Positions 39,279 to 50,350 of a stretch of 64,000 bases of DNA are shown piece after piece; the stretch's first letter is position 1, and each line of letters opens with the position of its first letter. Under the pieces are notes generated by a model that saw only the letters and a program-made list of their open reading frames with translations, had not been told where the DNA came from and ran no database searches. The position numbers were made by a program, and so were the translations under genes. The DNA lies in assembly GCA_963663475.2 (NCBI GenBank), contig CAXXJV010000001.1, positions 160,001 through 224,000 of the forward strand. The letters run 5' to 3'. The stretch comes from Candidatus Cloacimonadales bacterium (GTDB lineage Bacteria; Cloacimonadota; Cloacimonadia; Cloacimonadales; JAFGVF01).

Positions 39279-39439
39279 CTTGTAAGGCAGGACGGTCTGT
39301 GTAAAAAAGAAATAATCTATTCACTAATTTCACTAATTTCACTAAGAATTGGATTAAGATTTCGGGGAAATTCCATAAAATAACTGAAAGTGATAAATAC
39401 TTTAGTTCAAGGTAAAAGCCAGTAAGGCTGGTAAAGTTT

Positions 39440-39806
39440 CGTAAGCACTTGATATCTGAGTAACCGCGGGCTGGAATCCCGCGACCCATTCCCGTAACCA
39501 CTTGTCTTATGCGTAAACGCGGGCTGGAATCCCGCGACCCAATCCCATAACCACTTTTTATCTGCGTAAACGCGGGCTGGAATCCCGCGGCCCATTCCCG
39601 TAAGCACTTGATATCTGAGTAACCGCGGGCTGGAATCCCGCGACCCAATCCCATAACCACTTTTTATCTGCGTAAACGCGGGCTGGAATCCCGCGACCCA
39701 ATCCCGTAAGCACTCGCCTTCTGCGTAATCGCGGGCTGGAATCCCGCGACCCAATCCCGTAAGCACTTGATATCTACGTAACCGCGGGCTGGAATCCCGC
39801 GACCCA
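39440..39806 (+). repeat. Tandem array of seven 53-bp REP units (family C)
   Basis: Hairpin GCGGG-CTGGAAT-CCCGC recurs every 53 bp from 39466. Confidence 0.92.
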
Positions 39807-39842
39807 AAGGCGTGCATAACTTTAGCTTTAGGCAAACAAACA

Positions 39843-39870
39843 AAAAGCCCCAGCTTTAGCCAGGGCTTTA
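39843..39870. terminator. Intrinsic terminator
   Basis: AAAAGCCCCAGCTTTAGCCAGGGCTTT. Confidence 0.6.
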
Positions 39871-39952
39871 ATTTATTTGAGTTTGCGGACAAGGATGTCC
39901 ACCTTCCCAGTTAGGAAGATGCCTGCAAGGATGCAAGCGCTCCCAGTGTTAA

Positions 39953-42073
39953 TTATTTAATTTTTACAATCTTGAAGTTCTTTGTTTGTGTAGGAGAAGT
40001 CATTCTAACAAAGTAGATACCGTTAGCAACTTTCTTGTTGTTAGCATCTCTACCATCGAATTCGAAGTTATGCTCACCAGCATTGAATGATTCTCTTCTT
40101 ACAACTTGACCTAAAAGGTTGTAGATAGTTACAGTTGCAGTTTCGCCTTCTTTAACTCTTAAAGAAGTAGAAGTTGATGTTGTGAAAGGTGAAGGACCGA
40201 AGTTACGGAAAGTAGTTTCTGTGATACCAGGAACTACAGGATCATCTTCAACTGTTACAACGATAGGACCATGGAAAGAATTTTCGTTTGCTAATTCAGA
40301 AACTTCTAACCAGTAGTAGTAAGTTGTAGATTCAACTTCATTATCTGTATAAGTATAAGTTTGTGTTTGTGTTTGGTTATGTGGAGCTACTATTGTAGGA
40401 TTGATTCTGATAGCTTGTGCTTGGTTATCAGTTTCAGCTCTATATACATTATAACCTTGAAGGTTAGATTCTGACTCAGTTACCCATTTTAATGTAACAT
40501 ATTCGTTAGCATGTGCTACAGCTGTGAATGATGAAAGAGTTACAGGAAGGGTGTTTGGGTCATATGCAAAAATGTCTGTTGGACCTTTAGCACCAAAATC
40601 AATAATAATTGTTAAAACACCACCAACAAATGTATAGTCTGCTGGATCTACTGGATTATCACCATAGTAAACAACAATATCAGACCAACCAAAGTTGAAT
40701 ACAAATGTATATATACCTGAAGCTTGTCCAATATTTGAACTAAAATATTGAAGTCCACTAGGGATAACGATACCAGCTATTTCTTGTCCAACAGTAACAG
40801 GAACTTCTACAGGTGCTGTATATGTTCCACCAGCAGGAATAGTAATATTGATAACTATATCATTTGGATTTTCAGGATCACCAATAACAACTTCATCAGT
40901 TGTTGTAAATGTCCATATTGGCATATCGCCACCTGGATATAATTTTCCAGGAGGAAGATCTCTATTTGTTTTCTTTAAACCTTTTTTTGCTGCATTATTA
41001 ACAAAAGGTTTAACATACCATTCATATTCAGTATTATATTCTAATGGTTCATCAATAGCAAACTCAAGAGCAACAACATCATCTTGATAGAAACCATCAA
41101 CATAAACTTCATAACCGTCAGGGACTACAGTACCTTCATAAGTCCAAGTTAATGTTGGCATAAGTTCTACACCAGTTGCTTCATCAGCAGGTGTGTCAAC
41201 TGTTGCCCATGCATCTGGACCAACAGCAGGAGCAGCCTTTGTAGTGAATGTCCAATCTGCTGGCATGTCGCCTTCTGGGTATAATCTTTCAGGTTCAACT
41301 CTACTTGCTTTCATTCCACGTTTTGCTGCAGGTTCAATATAAGGTTTTATACCCCATGTGTAAGTTGTTTCATAAGCTAAATCAGCAGGATGGATATAAC
41401 CGAACATTGTGTTATCAGCTTCAAAAGCTACATCATCTACATGAGCACCATCAAGCCAGACTTCAAAACCATCTGGTTCAACTGTGCCTTCATAGTTCCA
41501 GCCAAGATTTGGGTAATTCATGTCCATATCGGCATCATTAATACCAACACCAGTTGCACCATCAGCTGGGAACAAGTATGTTGCCCATGCGTCTGGAGCT
41601 ACGGGACCTGTAGGTCCGCCCCATGCGACCGGATTAGCTTCTAATTGTTGGTCAGCACCAGTTTTGCTTATATCAACGGGACCATGTTCATTTCCATCAC
41701 CATCAATAAACCAGAAATTACAATGTACATTACCTCCACCAGCACCGAAATTTGTCATATATTGCATTTGAACCAATAATCTACCAGGTGTATCAGCATC
41801 ATCAGGTCCTAAATATTGAGTAGTTGATGCATTTAAATCTTCTTCATTAGGCCAATTCCAATACATAGTATTTCTTGTTCCATAGAGTACGTCAAACATA
41901 CCATCAATAGCTTCATTTCCAAAGTAAAACTCAACAACTTTGATTCCTACTGTACCAGCTGGATGATAACCTAAAGACTCTGTTTGCAAATCAATTGCAA
42001 CGGTGTAAGGGTTTTGGGCAAAAAGCCCAATCATGCTTAGTAAAAATAGAGATACAATTAATAATTTTTTCAT
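39953..42073 (-). CDS. Secreted protein with FN3-like repeats and C-terminal FlgD-Ig/T9SS-type domain
   Basis: Signal peptide; TLPVTLSSFTA; PSPF...IYNLLGQVVR...GIYFVRM...K. Confidence 0.85.
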   Translation of the reverse strand: MKKLLIVSLFLLSMIGLFAQNPYTVAIDLQTESLGYHPAGTVGIKVVEFYFGNEAIDGMFDVLYGTRNTMYWNWPNEEDLNASTTQYLGPDDADTPGRLLVQMQYMTNFGAGGGNVHCNFWFIDGDGNEHGPVDISKTGADQQLEANPVAWGGPTGPVAPDAWATYLFPADGATGVGINDADMDMNYPNLGWNYEGTVEPDGFEVWLDGAHVDDVAFEADNTMFGYIHPADLAYETTYTWGIKPYIEPAAKRGMKASRVEPERLYPEGDMPADWTFTTKAAPAVGPDAWATVDTPADEATGVELMPTLTWTYEGTVVPDGYEVYVDGFYQDDVVALEFAIDEPLEYNTEYEWYVKPFVNNAAKKGLKKTNRDLPPGKLYPGGDMPIWTFTTTDEVVIGDPENPNDIVINITIPAGGTYTAPVEVPVTVGQEIAGIVIPSGLQYFSSNIGQASGIYTFVFNFGWSDIVVYYGDNPVDPADYTFVGGVLTIIIDFGAKGPTDIFAYDPNTLPVTLSSFTAVAHANEYVTLKWVTESESNLQGYNVYRAETDNQAQAIRINPTIVAPHNQTQTQTYTYTDNEVESTTYYYWLEVSELANENSFHGPIVVTVEDDPVVPGITETTFRNFGPSPFTTSTSTSLRVKEGETATVTIYNLLGQVVRRESFNAGEHNFEFDGRDANNKKVANGIYFVRMTSPTQTKNFKIVKIK

Positions 42074-42088
42074 TTTTTCTCCCCGATA

Positions 42089-42742
42089 TTATTTACGTGC
42101 TGAAGCACGTTTACTTGTTATGTTTCTGCCAGCTGGAGCATTCCAACCAGTATATGCTTCATTTGTATAAATTAAGAAACCATCTCCAATGTTGATATCA
42201 AACGATGAACCTGGAGTTGATACTAAATATTGACTCCAACCATGAGTTTCATTATCCCAAGTTGAAATTGAAGTAATGCCTCCACCAATTGCTGCAGCAA
42301 AATCAGCTGTGGTAGTAATATCGCTTCTATTAAGAGGTAACATCATTGTGTGGAAATCATTAGCAACTAAATCATAATTGGCTTGAGTTGGTAGAGTACC
42401 TGCACAGTAAAAATCTACATTAGTTGTTCCACCCATATAAATAAGGAAAGCATCACCAGGCTGAATATCAAATGATGAGCCTGGAGTTGATACAAGATAC
42501 TGCTCCCAACCATGAGTTTCATTATTCCAAACTGATATAGAAGTAACATCTGGGCCAATAGCAGCTGCTAATTCAGCAGTAGTAGTAATCCCAGTATCTC
42601 CCATTGGCAAGGCGATCATATTAAAATCGTTTGCATATAATTCATATTTCACATATCCGACGACGTCGCTGAATTCAGATTCAACAGCGAACATAAAAGT
42701 TACGGACGCAATCAAAAGCGCTAAGACAAGCAACTTTTTCAT
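42089..42742 (-). CDS. Secreted protein with an internal duplicated ~65-aa repeat
   Basis: Signal peptide; two copies of Y.L.ANDF....LP....ITT.A..AAAIG...TSIS.W.NETHGW.QYLVSTPGSSFDI..GD.FLIY. Confidence 0.8.
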   Translation of the reverse strand: MKKLLVLALLIASVTFMFAVESEFSDVVGYVKYELYANDFNMIALPMGDTGITTTAELAAAIGPDVTSISVWNNETHGWEQYLVSTPGSSFDIQPGDAFLIYMGGTTNVDFYCAGTLPTQANYDLVANDFHTMMLPLNRSDITTTADFAAAIGGGITSISTWDNETHGWSQYLVSTPGSSFDINIGDGFLIYTNEAYTGWNAPAGRNITSKRASARK

Positions 42743-43420
42743 ATACGAACCTCCATAAGTTCTTTTTTTGTTTTGGTCACCACACCACTACAATGTCATA
42801 ATATGCATATAAATAATAAGTGTCAAATATTTTTTTAGATAAAATAAGTTTTTAGAAGTGAGGAGATGGCGAGATGCTTATTTAGAGGTGTTTTACATGG
42901 GGAAAAAGAATTCTTAATAATTACACAGGGGTATGGGGAGATTCACCACAAAGGCACGAAAACATAAAGGAAAAAGAAGGTGATGAATTACTTATTATTA
43001 TTTGACACTTTCAGGGATTTTCTATATGGTGTGTCTCTACAAGGGGTTTGCACCCCTTGCTGACAAATATCATCCTTTCTGGATTTAATAATTTTGGTGG
43101 TTAAACCCAAATGGTGCAATAGAGCTTTAGAGAAGAGTGCTAGATTCTTTTAGCAAAATAGCTTACAGTGTAAAGAATCGTTTACTCTCCCCGCCTTACG
43201 GCACCCCTCTCATACCGCTCTTACGAGCTGAAAGGGGAATTAAGAGACAATCCCGCGACCCAAATACAGGCAGACTTTTAGTAAGCTAATTTTTTCCTAA
43301 ACTCTGTGTTAAGGATCTTTTTCTTCTTTTTTTTTTGCTTTTAGCAAAAAGTAATTCGTGAAATCCGTGGACAGACTATTTCTATCACACCGTCTCCCCG
43401 TCTTTGAGCCAAAGGGGAAG

Positions 43421-43855
43421 CTACATAATTTCCAGTAATTCTACTTGGAATTTAAGGTCTGCATTTGGTGGGATAACTCTGCCAGCTCCACGGGAGCCGT
43501 AGCCAAGTTCAGCAGGGATAAGCAGGGTTCTTACTTCACCTACTTTCATACCTAGGACACCTTGATCCCAGCCTTTAATAACTCTACCAGCGCCTAATTG
43601 GAAGGTAAAAGCTTGGTCTCTATCTTTAGAGGAATCAAATTTTGTTCCATCCATTAGCCAGCCAGTGTAGTGAACGAGAACCTTATCGCCTTTTTTAGCA
43701 GCAAGTCCATCGCCTTCAACATCAATAGTGTACTTTAATCCGTTTTCCATAGTTATCAATCCTTTTTCATTAGTTTGAGAGTCTTTTCCTTGATTGCTAC
43801 AAGCAAAGCTAGCTAGGGTCAAGACAATCAATAGTAGGTAAGAAATTTTTTTCAT
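43421..43855 (-). CDS. FKBP-type peptidyl-prolyl isomerase, lipoprotein
   Basis: VHYTGWL.DGTKFDSS, VIKGWDQG and IPPNADL; lipobox SFAC. Confidence 0.95.
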   Translation of the reverse strand: MKKISYLLLIVLTLASFACSNQGKDSQTNEKGLITMENGLKYTIDVEGDGLAAKKGDKVLVHYTGWLMDGTKFDSSKDRDQAFTFQLGAGRVIKGWDQGVLGMKVGEVRTLLIPAELGYGSRGAGRVIPPNADLKFQVELLEIM

Positions 43856-43956
43856 ATTTTCATCCTTGTCTAGTTTTTTGAACCAAAATATGGGAGCTTG
43901 GCTTTTGTGTAAACATAATTCTTGACTAAATAGGGAAGAAATTTATTGCTATCAAT

Positions 43957-45321
43957 ATGAGAAAATATTTAGACAGAGCCAAAATAGACTATGTAATAGA
44001 GCATTTAAAGTTAAGATGTAAGCTAGATCAAGACTTAGTGGAGAGAATTATCTTTTTACAGGAAGATAATTTAAGTAATTTGCCTAAGAATAGGATAGTC
44101 TTTCCTCTTAGTGCTAAAACTTATAGGGAGGACAAGGAGATTGGAGGATTAGCCATTCTCTACCCTATTTATGGTGATAGACAAGACCATTATTTTTGGG
44201 ATAATGGATGTCTAGTCTTTTCTCATGATATTTTTAAGGAAATCTTTTGTTTGCAAACTTTATATTATGAGCAAGAGATAGTAGGCAGGGATAGGTTAGG
44301 TCGGATAAGGGGTGAAGACAGTTTGAATTACAGGATGAATTTTCTGAGAAAGCCCATAGTAGATTATTTATATGAGCTGATTATCCAGGCTATTGCAGAA
44401 TATGCTAGCAAGAATAATCTGCCTTTTACCAGGAAAGATTTGCTTAGCAAGCATAGCTTTTTGTTGAGTCATGATGTAGATAGGATTGAGACTTATTCCT
44501 TTTATAATTTACTAAATTCTTTTAAGAAGTGTCTACAAAAACCTACAAATTCAAATTTTAAGAATAGTCTAAAACATATACAAGAGTATTTTCGTTTTGG
44601 TAAGAGAGCTAATCCTCTTTGGGATTTCCCTCAACTAAGGGAGATTGAAAAGTCTTTCCAGATTAAATCTACCTATTATTTTTTAAATCGGGGTCAGCTG
44701 CATAAAGATGCTTACTATTCTTTAACCAATCCTAAAATCTTAAGATTAATTAAAGAAATCCAGTCTGACGGCAATGAAGTTGCTTTGCATGTGACTATTG
44801 CTGGCAACAGGAGGCAGGAAGTTCTAGCAGATAATTTAAGGTCTTTAAATAGGGTAATTAAGGGTCAGGTTAGTGGGGTTCGTTCTCATTGGTTGAGATT
44901 TGAAGCTGGAGAGACAGCTGATATTTTAGAAAGGCTGGGACTCAAGTATGATACGTCGATAGGACATTTTTCCCAGGTAGGATTTAGGTCAGGAACCTGT
45001 CTTCCTTACAGACTCTTTTCTTTTGCCCAAAATAGGATGCTTAATGTTTGGGAGATACCTTTAATTTACATGGATTGTATGATTTTAGATTATCAGAATT
45101 ATAGTCAAGAGCAAGCCTTAGAGATTTTAGCAGATCTTTTAGAAGAGGTTAAGAAATTTAGAGGGATTTATAGTATCTTGTGGCACAATGGAAATCTGGC
45201 CCAGACTAGTCCTTTTGGGAGAAAGGATTTTTACGAGAAACTACTTAGAATGATTATGGATTCTAGACCTAACAATATGACTGCTGAGTCTTTAATAAAA
45301 CAAATTGAGGAGACCTACTAG
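43957..45321 (+). CDS. Polysaccharide deacetylase (CE4/NodB-like)
   Basis: SHDVD, EVALH, R.HWLR, YDTS.G...GFR.GTC.PY and LWHN motifs. Confidence 0.85.
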   Translation: MRKYLDRAKIDYVIEHLKLRCKLDQDLVERIIFLQEDNLSNLPKNRIVFPLSAKTYREDKEIGGLAILYPIYGDRQDHYFWDNGCLVFSHDIFKEIFCLQTLYYEQEIVGRDRLGRIRGEDSLNYRMNFLRKPIVDYLYELIIQAIAEYASKNNLPFTRKDLLSKHSFLLSHDVDRIETYSFYNLLNSFKKCLQKPTNSNFKNSLKHIQEYFRFGKRANPLWDFPQLREIEKSFQIKSTYYFLNRGQLHKDAYYSLTNPKILRLIKEIQSDGNEVALHVTIAGNRRQEVLADNLRSLNRVIKGQVSGVRSHWLRFEAGETADILERLGLKYDTSIGHFSQVGFRSGTCLPYRLFSFAQNRMLNVWEIPLIYMDCMILDYQNYSQEQALEILADLLEEVKKFRGIYSILWHNGNLAQTSPFGRKDFYEKLLRMIMDSRPNNMTAESLIKQIEETY

Positions 45322-45322
45322 C

Positions 45323-47287
45323 ATGTGTGGAATAAGTGGGATATTTTCTTTTAGGGGAAATGATATAGATTTTACTAGTATAGTAGCTATGAACAATAAG
45401 ATACGGCATCGAGGGCCTGATGATGAGGGTTATTTTATGCAAGGTGGGGATCATAGTGGACCAGGGCTTTATTGTGGTAATGATTCAACTTTAGAGATTA
45501 AGAAAGCTTTTCCCCATGTTAGTAAAAGTCCAGCAACAAATCTTGCTTTAGGATTTAGAAGGCTAGCCATTATTGATTTAAGTGAAGATGGTCATCAGCC
45601 TATGCAAGATAAATCTGGTCGCTATACAATAGTCTTTAATGGTGAGATCTATAATTATCTGGAATTGCAGGCAAGTTTAAAGTCTAAAGGTTATACTTTT
45701 ACGAGTAAGAGTGACACAGAAGTCTTATTAACTATGTTTATTGAATATGGGATAGATTCTTTTAATTATTTAAATGGAATGTGGGCCTTGGCAATCTGGG
45801 ATAGTATGAAAGAAGAGTTAATTTTAGCCAGAGACAGGTGGGGTATCAAGCCCTTATGTTATTATAGGGATGGGGAGCGGATAATTTTTGCTTCGGAAGA
45901 GAAGCAGATAATAGGAGCAGGGGTTAAGATAAGTCCTAATTTAGACATGATTTATAGGTATTTGAATTTGGGTTCGCTGGTTGCATATGGTGATGAGACC
46001 TTTTATAAGGAGATTTCCAGTGTTAAAGCGGGAACTCTTATGAGGATAAGTAAAAATGAATATAAGTCTATTGCCTATTATAACATGGATATTTCTGCCT
46101 TTGAAACTTATGATTTAGCTTTTGAGGAAGCTAGAGAGACTTATCAAGACTTGTTTGCCAGATCAGTTAACTTACGGATGAGATCAGATGTGGAAGTTGG
46201 TTCTTGTTTAAGTGGAGGATTAGATTCTTCGGCAATTGTCTGTCAGGCAGCTAAAGCCTCTAGTAGTTCTTTCAAGACTTTTTCAGCCTACTATGACAAT
46301 TCTCCTGCTTATGATGAGAGGAAGTGGATTGAAATAGTTAATAAGGCTTATAATTGCCATTCTTATCTCATAAGTCCTCATGATAAAGATGTTGCTAGAG
46401 ATTTTGCTAAGATAAGCTATATTCATGATAGACCTGTGATTGGGTCAAGTCCTGTTTCCCAATATTATGTAATGAAAAGAGCTCAGGAAGCAGGGGTTAA
46501 GGTTGTGTTAGATGGACAGGGTTCTGATGAAATAACAGCTGGCTATAATCATGCTTTCTATCGTTATTATGCAGATTTAATCAAGGGGAGAAATTTCATA
46601 AGATTGAGTGATGAGTTACCAGACTATTTACTAAATCACCCTAAGGGCAATTCTCTATCCAAGCTGGGGAAAATCTTATTTACCCTGATTATGAAAGAAT
46701 CTTCTCTCTATAATTTTGAGATTAGGAAGCTTAATCCAGAAGTTATGCATAGTAGGTTTAGGCAGGGTATTTTGTCTGAAATTGAAGATTTAAAGACTTC
46801 TAAATTATCTAATTTTCAATACAATCTCTTAAGGAATATCTTCCTCCCCTCTCTTCTCCACTTTGAAGATAGGAATTCAATGGCCTTTTCTCTAGAAAGT
46901 AGGGTTCCTTTTCTAGATGTTAATTTAGTTGAGTTTGCCTTTTCTCTTCCTTCCCACTATAAGATCCAGGGTAGTCAGGGTAAGTATATCCACAGAAAAA
47001 GCTTACAGAATATTGTACCTGAGGCTATATATAAGCGTAAAGATAAGGTAAACTTTGCAGCTCCTGGAGAGATTATCTGGTTACGCAAGGCTATGCTGGC
47101 AGATTTAAAGGCTACCATTAACTCTCCCCTCTTTACTAAGAGTAAGCTGTTTGATACTATCAAATTAGGGGAAATTATTCATAATTACTTGCTAGGCCAT
47201 AATAGGTATGCAGGACTTGTCTGGAAATTGTATGGACTGGGAGTCTGGTATAATCTAAATTTTGAAGGAAAGTATGCACAAGAATAA
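45323..47287 (+). CDS. asnB: Asparagine synthase (glutamine-hydrolysing) family amidotransferase, probably glycan-modifying
   Basis: True start MCGISG at 45323; HRGPD, RRLAIID, LSGGLDSS and SLESRVPFLD. Confidence 0.92.
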   Translation: MCGISGIFSFRGNDIDFTSIVAMNNKIRHRGPDDEGYFMQGGDHSGPGLYCGNDSTLEIKKAFPHVSKSPATNLALGFRRLAIIDLSEDGHQPMQDKSGRYTIVFNGEIYNYLELQASLKSKGYTFTSKSDTEVLLTMFIEYGIDSFNYLNGMWALAIWDSMKEELILARDRWGIKPLCYYRDGERIIFASEEKQIIGAGVKISPNLDMIYRYLNLGSLVAYGDETFYKEISSVKAGTLMRISKNEYKSIAYYNMDISAFETYDLAFEEARETYQDLFARSVNLRMRSDVEVGSCLSGGLDSSAIVCQAAKASSSSFKTFSAYYDNSPAYDERKWIEIVNKAYNCHSYLISPHDKDVARDFAKISYIHDRPVIGSSPVSQYYVMKRAQEAGVKVVLDGQGSDEITAGYNHAFYRYYADLIKGRNFIRLSDELPDYLLNHPKGNSLSKLGKILFTLIMKESSLYNFEIRKLNPEVMHSRFRQGILSEIEDLKTSKLSNFQYNLLRNIFLPSLLHFEDRNSMAFSLESRVPFLDVNLVEFAFSLPSHYKIQGSQGKYIHRKSLQNIVPEAIYKRKDKVNFAAPGEIIWLRKAMLADLKATINSPLFTKSKLFDTIKLGEIIHNYLLGHNRYAGLVWKLYGLGVWYNLNFEGKYAQE

Positions 47288-48746
47288 AATCAAGAATACA
47301 GCAAAAAATACATTAGTTTATAGCATTAGCAATGTCTTGGTAAAGATGTCAGGACTGATTCTTTTGCCCCTTTATACTTCTCATATTTCACTAGCACAAT
47401 ATGGTTTATTGGGTTTCTATGAAATCACTTTTGAAGTTTTACATTTAATCTCTGGTTTGGGTATAGATAATGCTCTTGCTAGGTGGTATTGGGATAAAGA
47501 TGAGAGATTTACTCAGAAAGAAGTAGTTTTCAATGCTGGATTAGTTTCGCATGTAACAACTTTTCTTATAATGTCCTTAGCCTTTTTAAGTCTAGTAGCC
47601 TTCTCTGATACCCTGCTCTGGGAAAAGCAATCTAATTCTTTACTCTTTTGGTTTGTTATCAGTAGTCTGACAAGAGTCTTAATCAGACAGCCCTTATTGC
47701 TAATGAGGATTCAAGAGTTATCAGTTAGGCAAACTCTGATTAATATTATTCGAATTATTATTGTGGTAGGTATATCCTTTGTTACTATTGCCCATTTAAA
47801 GTTAGGTCTTGCGGGTATTTTCATAGCTGAGACCTGTGCAAATGCTTTAATACTCCCCTATCTTTACCGGTATTTATGGAAAAATATTGTCTTTAAATAT
47901 AATCTATTCTTGATTAAAGATATGCTAGCCTTCTCTCTTCCCCTTGTTTTATCCTCCTTCTTAGCTTTAATTTTAACTCTTTCTGACCGCTATATTATTC
48001 AATACTTTGGTAATTTTGAAGATACAGGAATTTATACTCTGGCCTACAAGATATCTAATATCATAAGGGTCTTTGTAATCCACTCTTTTGCCCAAGCTTA
48101 TATACCCGTCTTTTATAGGTATATGGAAGACCAGGATTCCCGCAATTTCTATGTTAAATCAGTAAGCTACTACACTTTTGTAGCCTCTATTATCGCCTTA
48201 GCTTTGACTATTTTCGGACAGGAGGCTATTCAAATTGTAGCTCAATCTGCAGACTATTATTCTGCTTATAAACTCCTCCCCTACCTAGTGATTGGTGTTA
48301 TCTTTGCTGGACTTAGGCAAATCCTAGTCTTACCAATTAATAAACATAAAAAAACTAAACTTATTTCAATTATAACTATTAGTGCTGGTTGCTTTAACTT
48401 AGTATTAAATATCCTCTTAGTCCCTCTCATGGGGGCCAGAGGTGCAGCCCTAGCCACTGGGCTTGCCAACTTGTTTGTCGTAATCTTCTACTACTATTTT
48501 GTGAATAAACTAGAGAAAATTCGCTATGAAGATAAAAAGATTATCAATGCTATTGGACTTACTATTATCTTATCAGCCATTGCCTTAGCTATCTCAGACC
48601 TTGATATCTATTATCGACTAGCTATTAAAATCATCCTGTTTGCTAGTTTCCCCCTTATTCTCTTTCTCAGTGGTTACTACGATAAAGAAGAAATTCACCA
48701 GATTAAACATGCCCTAGGTCAACTAAAAAATAAGTATGTAAAATAA
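47274..48746 (+). CDS. Oligosaccharide flippase (Wzx/MATE-like)
   Basis: Many transmembrane segments; LLPLYT...YG, DRYII and G.YTLAYK. Confidence 0.88.
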   Translation: MHKNKIKNTAKNTLVYSISNVLVKMSGLILLPLYTSHISLAQYGLLGFYEITFEVLHLISGLGIDNALARWYWDKDERFTQKEVVFNAGLVSHVTTFLIMSLAFLSLVAFSDTLLWEKQSNSLLFWFVISSLTRVLIRQPLLLMRIQELSVRQTLINIIRIIIVVGISFVTIAHLKLGLAGIFIAETCANALILPYLYRYLWKNIVFKYNLFLIKDMLAFSLPLVLSSFLALILTLSDRYIIQYFGNFEDTGIYTLAYKISNIIRVFVIHSFAQAYIPVFYRYMEDQDSRNFYVKSVSYYTFVASIIALALTIFGQEAIQIVAQSADYYSAYKLLPYLVIGVIFAGLRQILVLPINKHKKTKLISIITISAGCFNLVLNILLVPLMGARGAALATGLANLFVVIFYYYFVNKLEKIRYEDKKIINAIGLTIILSAIALAISDLDIYYRLAIKIILFASFPLILFLSGYYDKEEIHQIKHALGQLKNKYVK

Positions 48747-48760
48747 TTAAGGAATTAAAA

Positions 48761-50095
48761 ATGAATGACTTAGATATTTTCTCAGTTCAAGAAATTAATA
48801 ATCATATAAAGAATATTTTGGAAAATAATATTCCTAACCTTTATGTCCAAGGACAGATTGCTAACTTTGTCAGACACTCTTCTGGCCATATCTATTTTTC
48901 TATCAAAGATGACTTTTCTACCCTCCGCTGTGTCTTCTTTAAACAATATAATTATGGTCTAGACTTCTTGCCAAAAAATGGAGACCAAGTTATCCTCTTT
49001 GGTAACATCAGTCTCTATGTTAAAGGTGGTTCTTATCAGTTTAATGTGAGAAATATCTTCTCTTCTGGCAAAGGTATCTTGCAAATTAAATTTGAACAAT
49101 TAAAGGCTAAACTGCATGCTCAAGGTTATTTCGACCAAGCCCATAAAAAAACTATACCTAAATTTCCTAATAAAGTAGCTTTGATAACATCTCCCACTGG
49201 TGCAGCCTTGCAAGATTTTAAAAATGTTATCTTTAGACGCTTCCCTATTGAACTTATTTTATACCCAGTAACTGTGCAAGGAGAAAATGCTGGTAAATCA
49301 CTGACTGCAGCTGTTCAGTATTTTACTGCTAACCCCATTGCAGATGTCTTAGTCATCTCTCGTGGAGGTGGCTCTCAAGAAGACCTCTTTTGCTTTAATG
49401 ATGAAGATCTTGTGAAAGCTATTTATGACTGCCCAATCCCTGTCATTAGTGGGGTTGGACATGAAATAGATTTTACTCTGACCGACTTTGTAGCAGACCT
49501 AAGAGCTCCTACTCCTTCTGCTGCTGCTGAACTTGCGGTTCCTGATCGAGGTCAATTACAAGATTCTCTTAATAGAATCAAAACAGAGTTTAAAGTAAGC
49601 TTACAAGGCAAAATTCACTACGAAACTAATAGGCTAAATAGATTTAAAAAAACTCTGTCTGACCTGAAAGTTGAATCTAAGCTAAATCAAAAACGCTTAG
49701 AACTTTTAGAATTGGAAAAAAGCTTGGCTAACATGGCTAGTGTTTCTAATTTCCTTAGACAAAAATTGACTAATCTGGCTGAAAATCTAGAGTATAGGTT
49801 TAAGACTAAAGCTGAAAATAAAATCGCTAGTGATAAAAACTTACTGGCTAATGAGAAAATTAGACTTAGCTCCTTGCTGACTGCTAAACTTGTTGAGGAA
49901 AAACACTACTTTAAACTGCTTAGCAGTAAAGTAGAATCTCATTCTCCTCTGGCTATCCTAAAACAAGGCTTTGCCTATGTTTCCCAGGATGGTAAATTGC
50001 TGGCTAGAGCTAGTAATGTGGATAAAAATACTGAAGTGAAAATTAGATTCTATGATGGCCAAGTGGCTGCTAAAATTGTGGATGATGAGAGTTGA
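48761..50095 (+). CDS. xseA: Exodeoxyribonuclease VII large subunit
   Basis: SGHIYFS.KD, RGGGS.EDL, GVGHE.D and RAPTPSAAAE. Confidence 0.96.
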   Translation: MNDLDIFSVQEINNHIKNILENNIPNLYVQGQIANFVRHSSGHIYFSIKDDFSTLRCVFFKQYNYGLDFLPKNGDQVILFGNISLYVKGGSYQFNVRNIFSSGKGILQIKFEQLKAKLHAQGYFDQAHKKTIPKFPNKVALITSPTGAALQDFKNVIFRRFPIELILYPVTVQGENAGKSLTAAVQYFTANPIADVLVISRGGGSQEDLFCFNDEDLVKAIYDCPIPVISGVGHEIDFTLTDFVADLRAPTPSAAAELAVPDRGQLQDSLNRIKTEFKVSLQGKIHYETNRLNRFKKTLSDLKVESKLNQKRLELLELEKSLANMASVSNFLRQKLTNLAENLEYRFKTKAENKIASDKNLLANEKIRLSSLLTAKLVEEKHYFKLLSSKVESHSPLAILKQGFAYVSQDGKLLARASNVDKNTEVKIRFYDGQVAAKIVDDES

Positions 50096-50350
50096 GAGCC
50101 TAGCTGGTAAGGCGGGCTGGAATCCCACGACCCAATCCCGTAACCACTTGATTTCTGAGTAACCGCGGGCTGGATCCCCTTTCAGCTCGTCAGAGCGGTG
50201 TGAGAGGGGTGCCGTAAGGCGGGGAGAGTAAACAATCCCCTTCACACAGACCGGAGTTCCTCAGCCGTAGGCAAGGGACTTGTCAATGGAAGTTTAAACT
50301 GGTACACTTTTGGAAGTCATAACTGGTACACTGTTGTAAACAATTTTTTT

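Noticed and set aside
43004-43088. Degenerate TTTCAGGG...AAGGGGTTTGCACCCCTT hairpin repeat
   Set aside because: Probably another REP-like family, but it is single-copy and degenerate here, so it cannot be supported.
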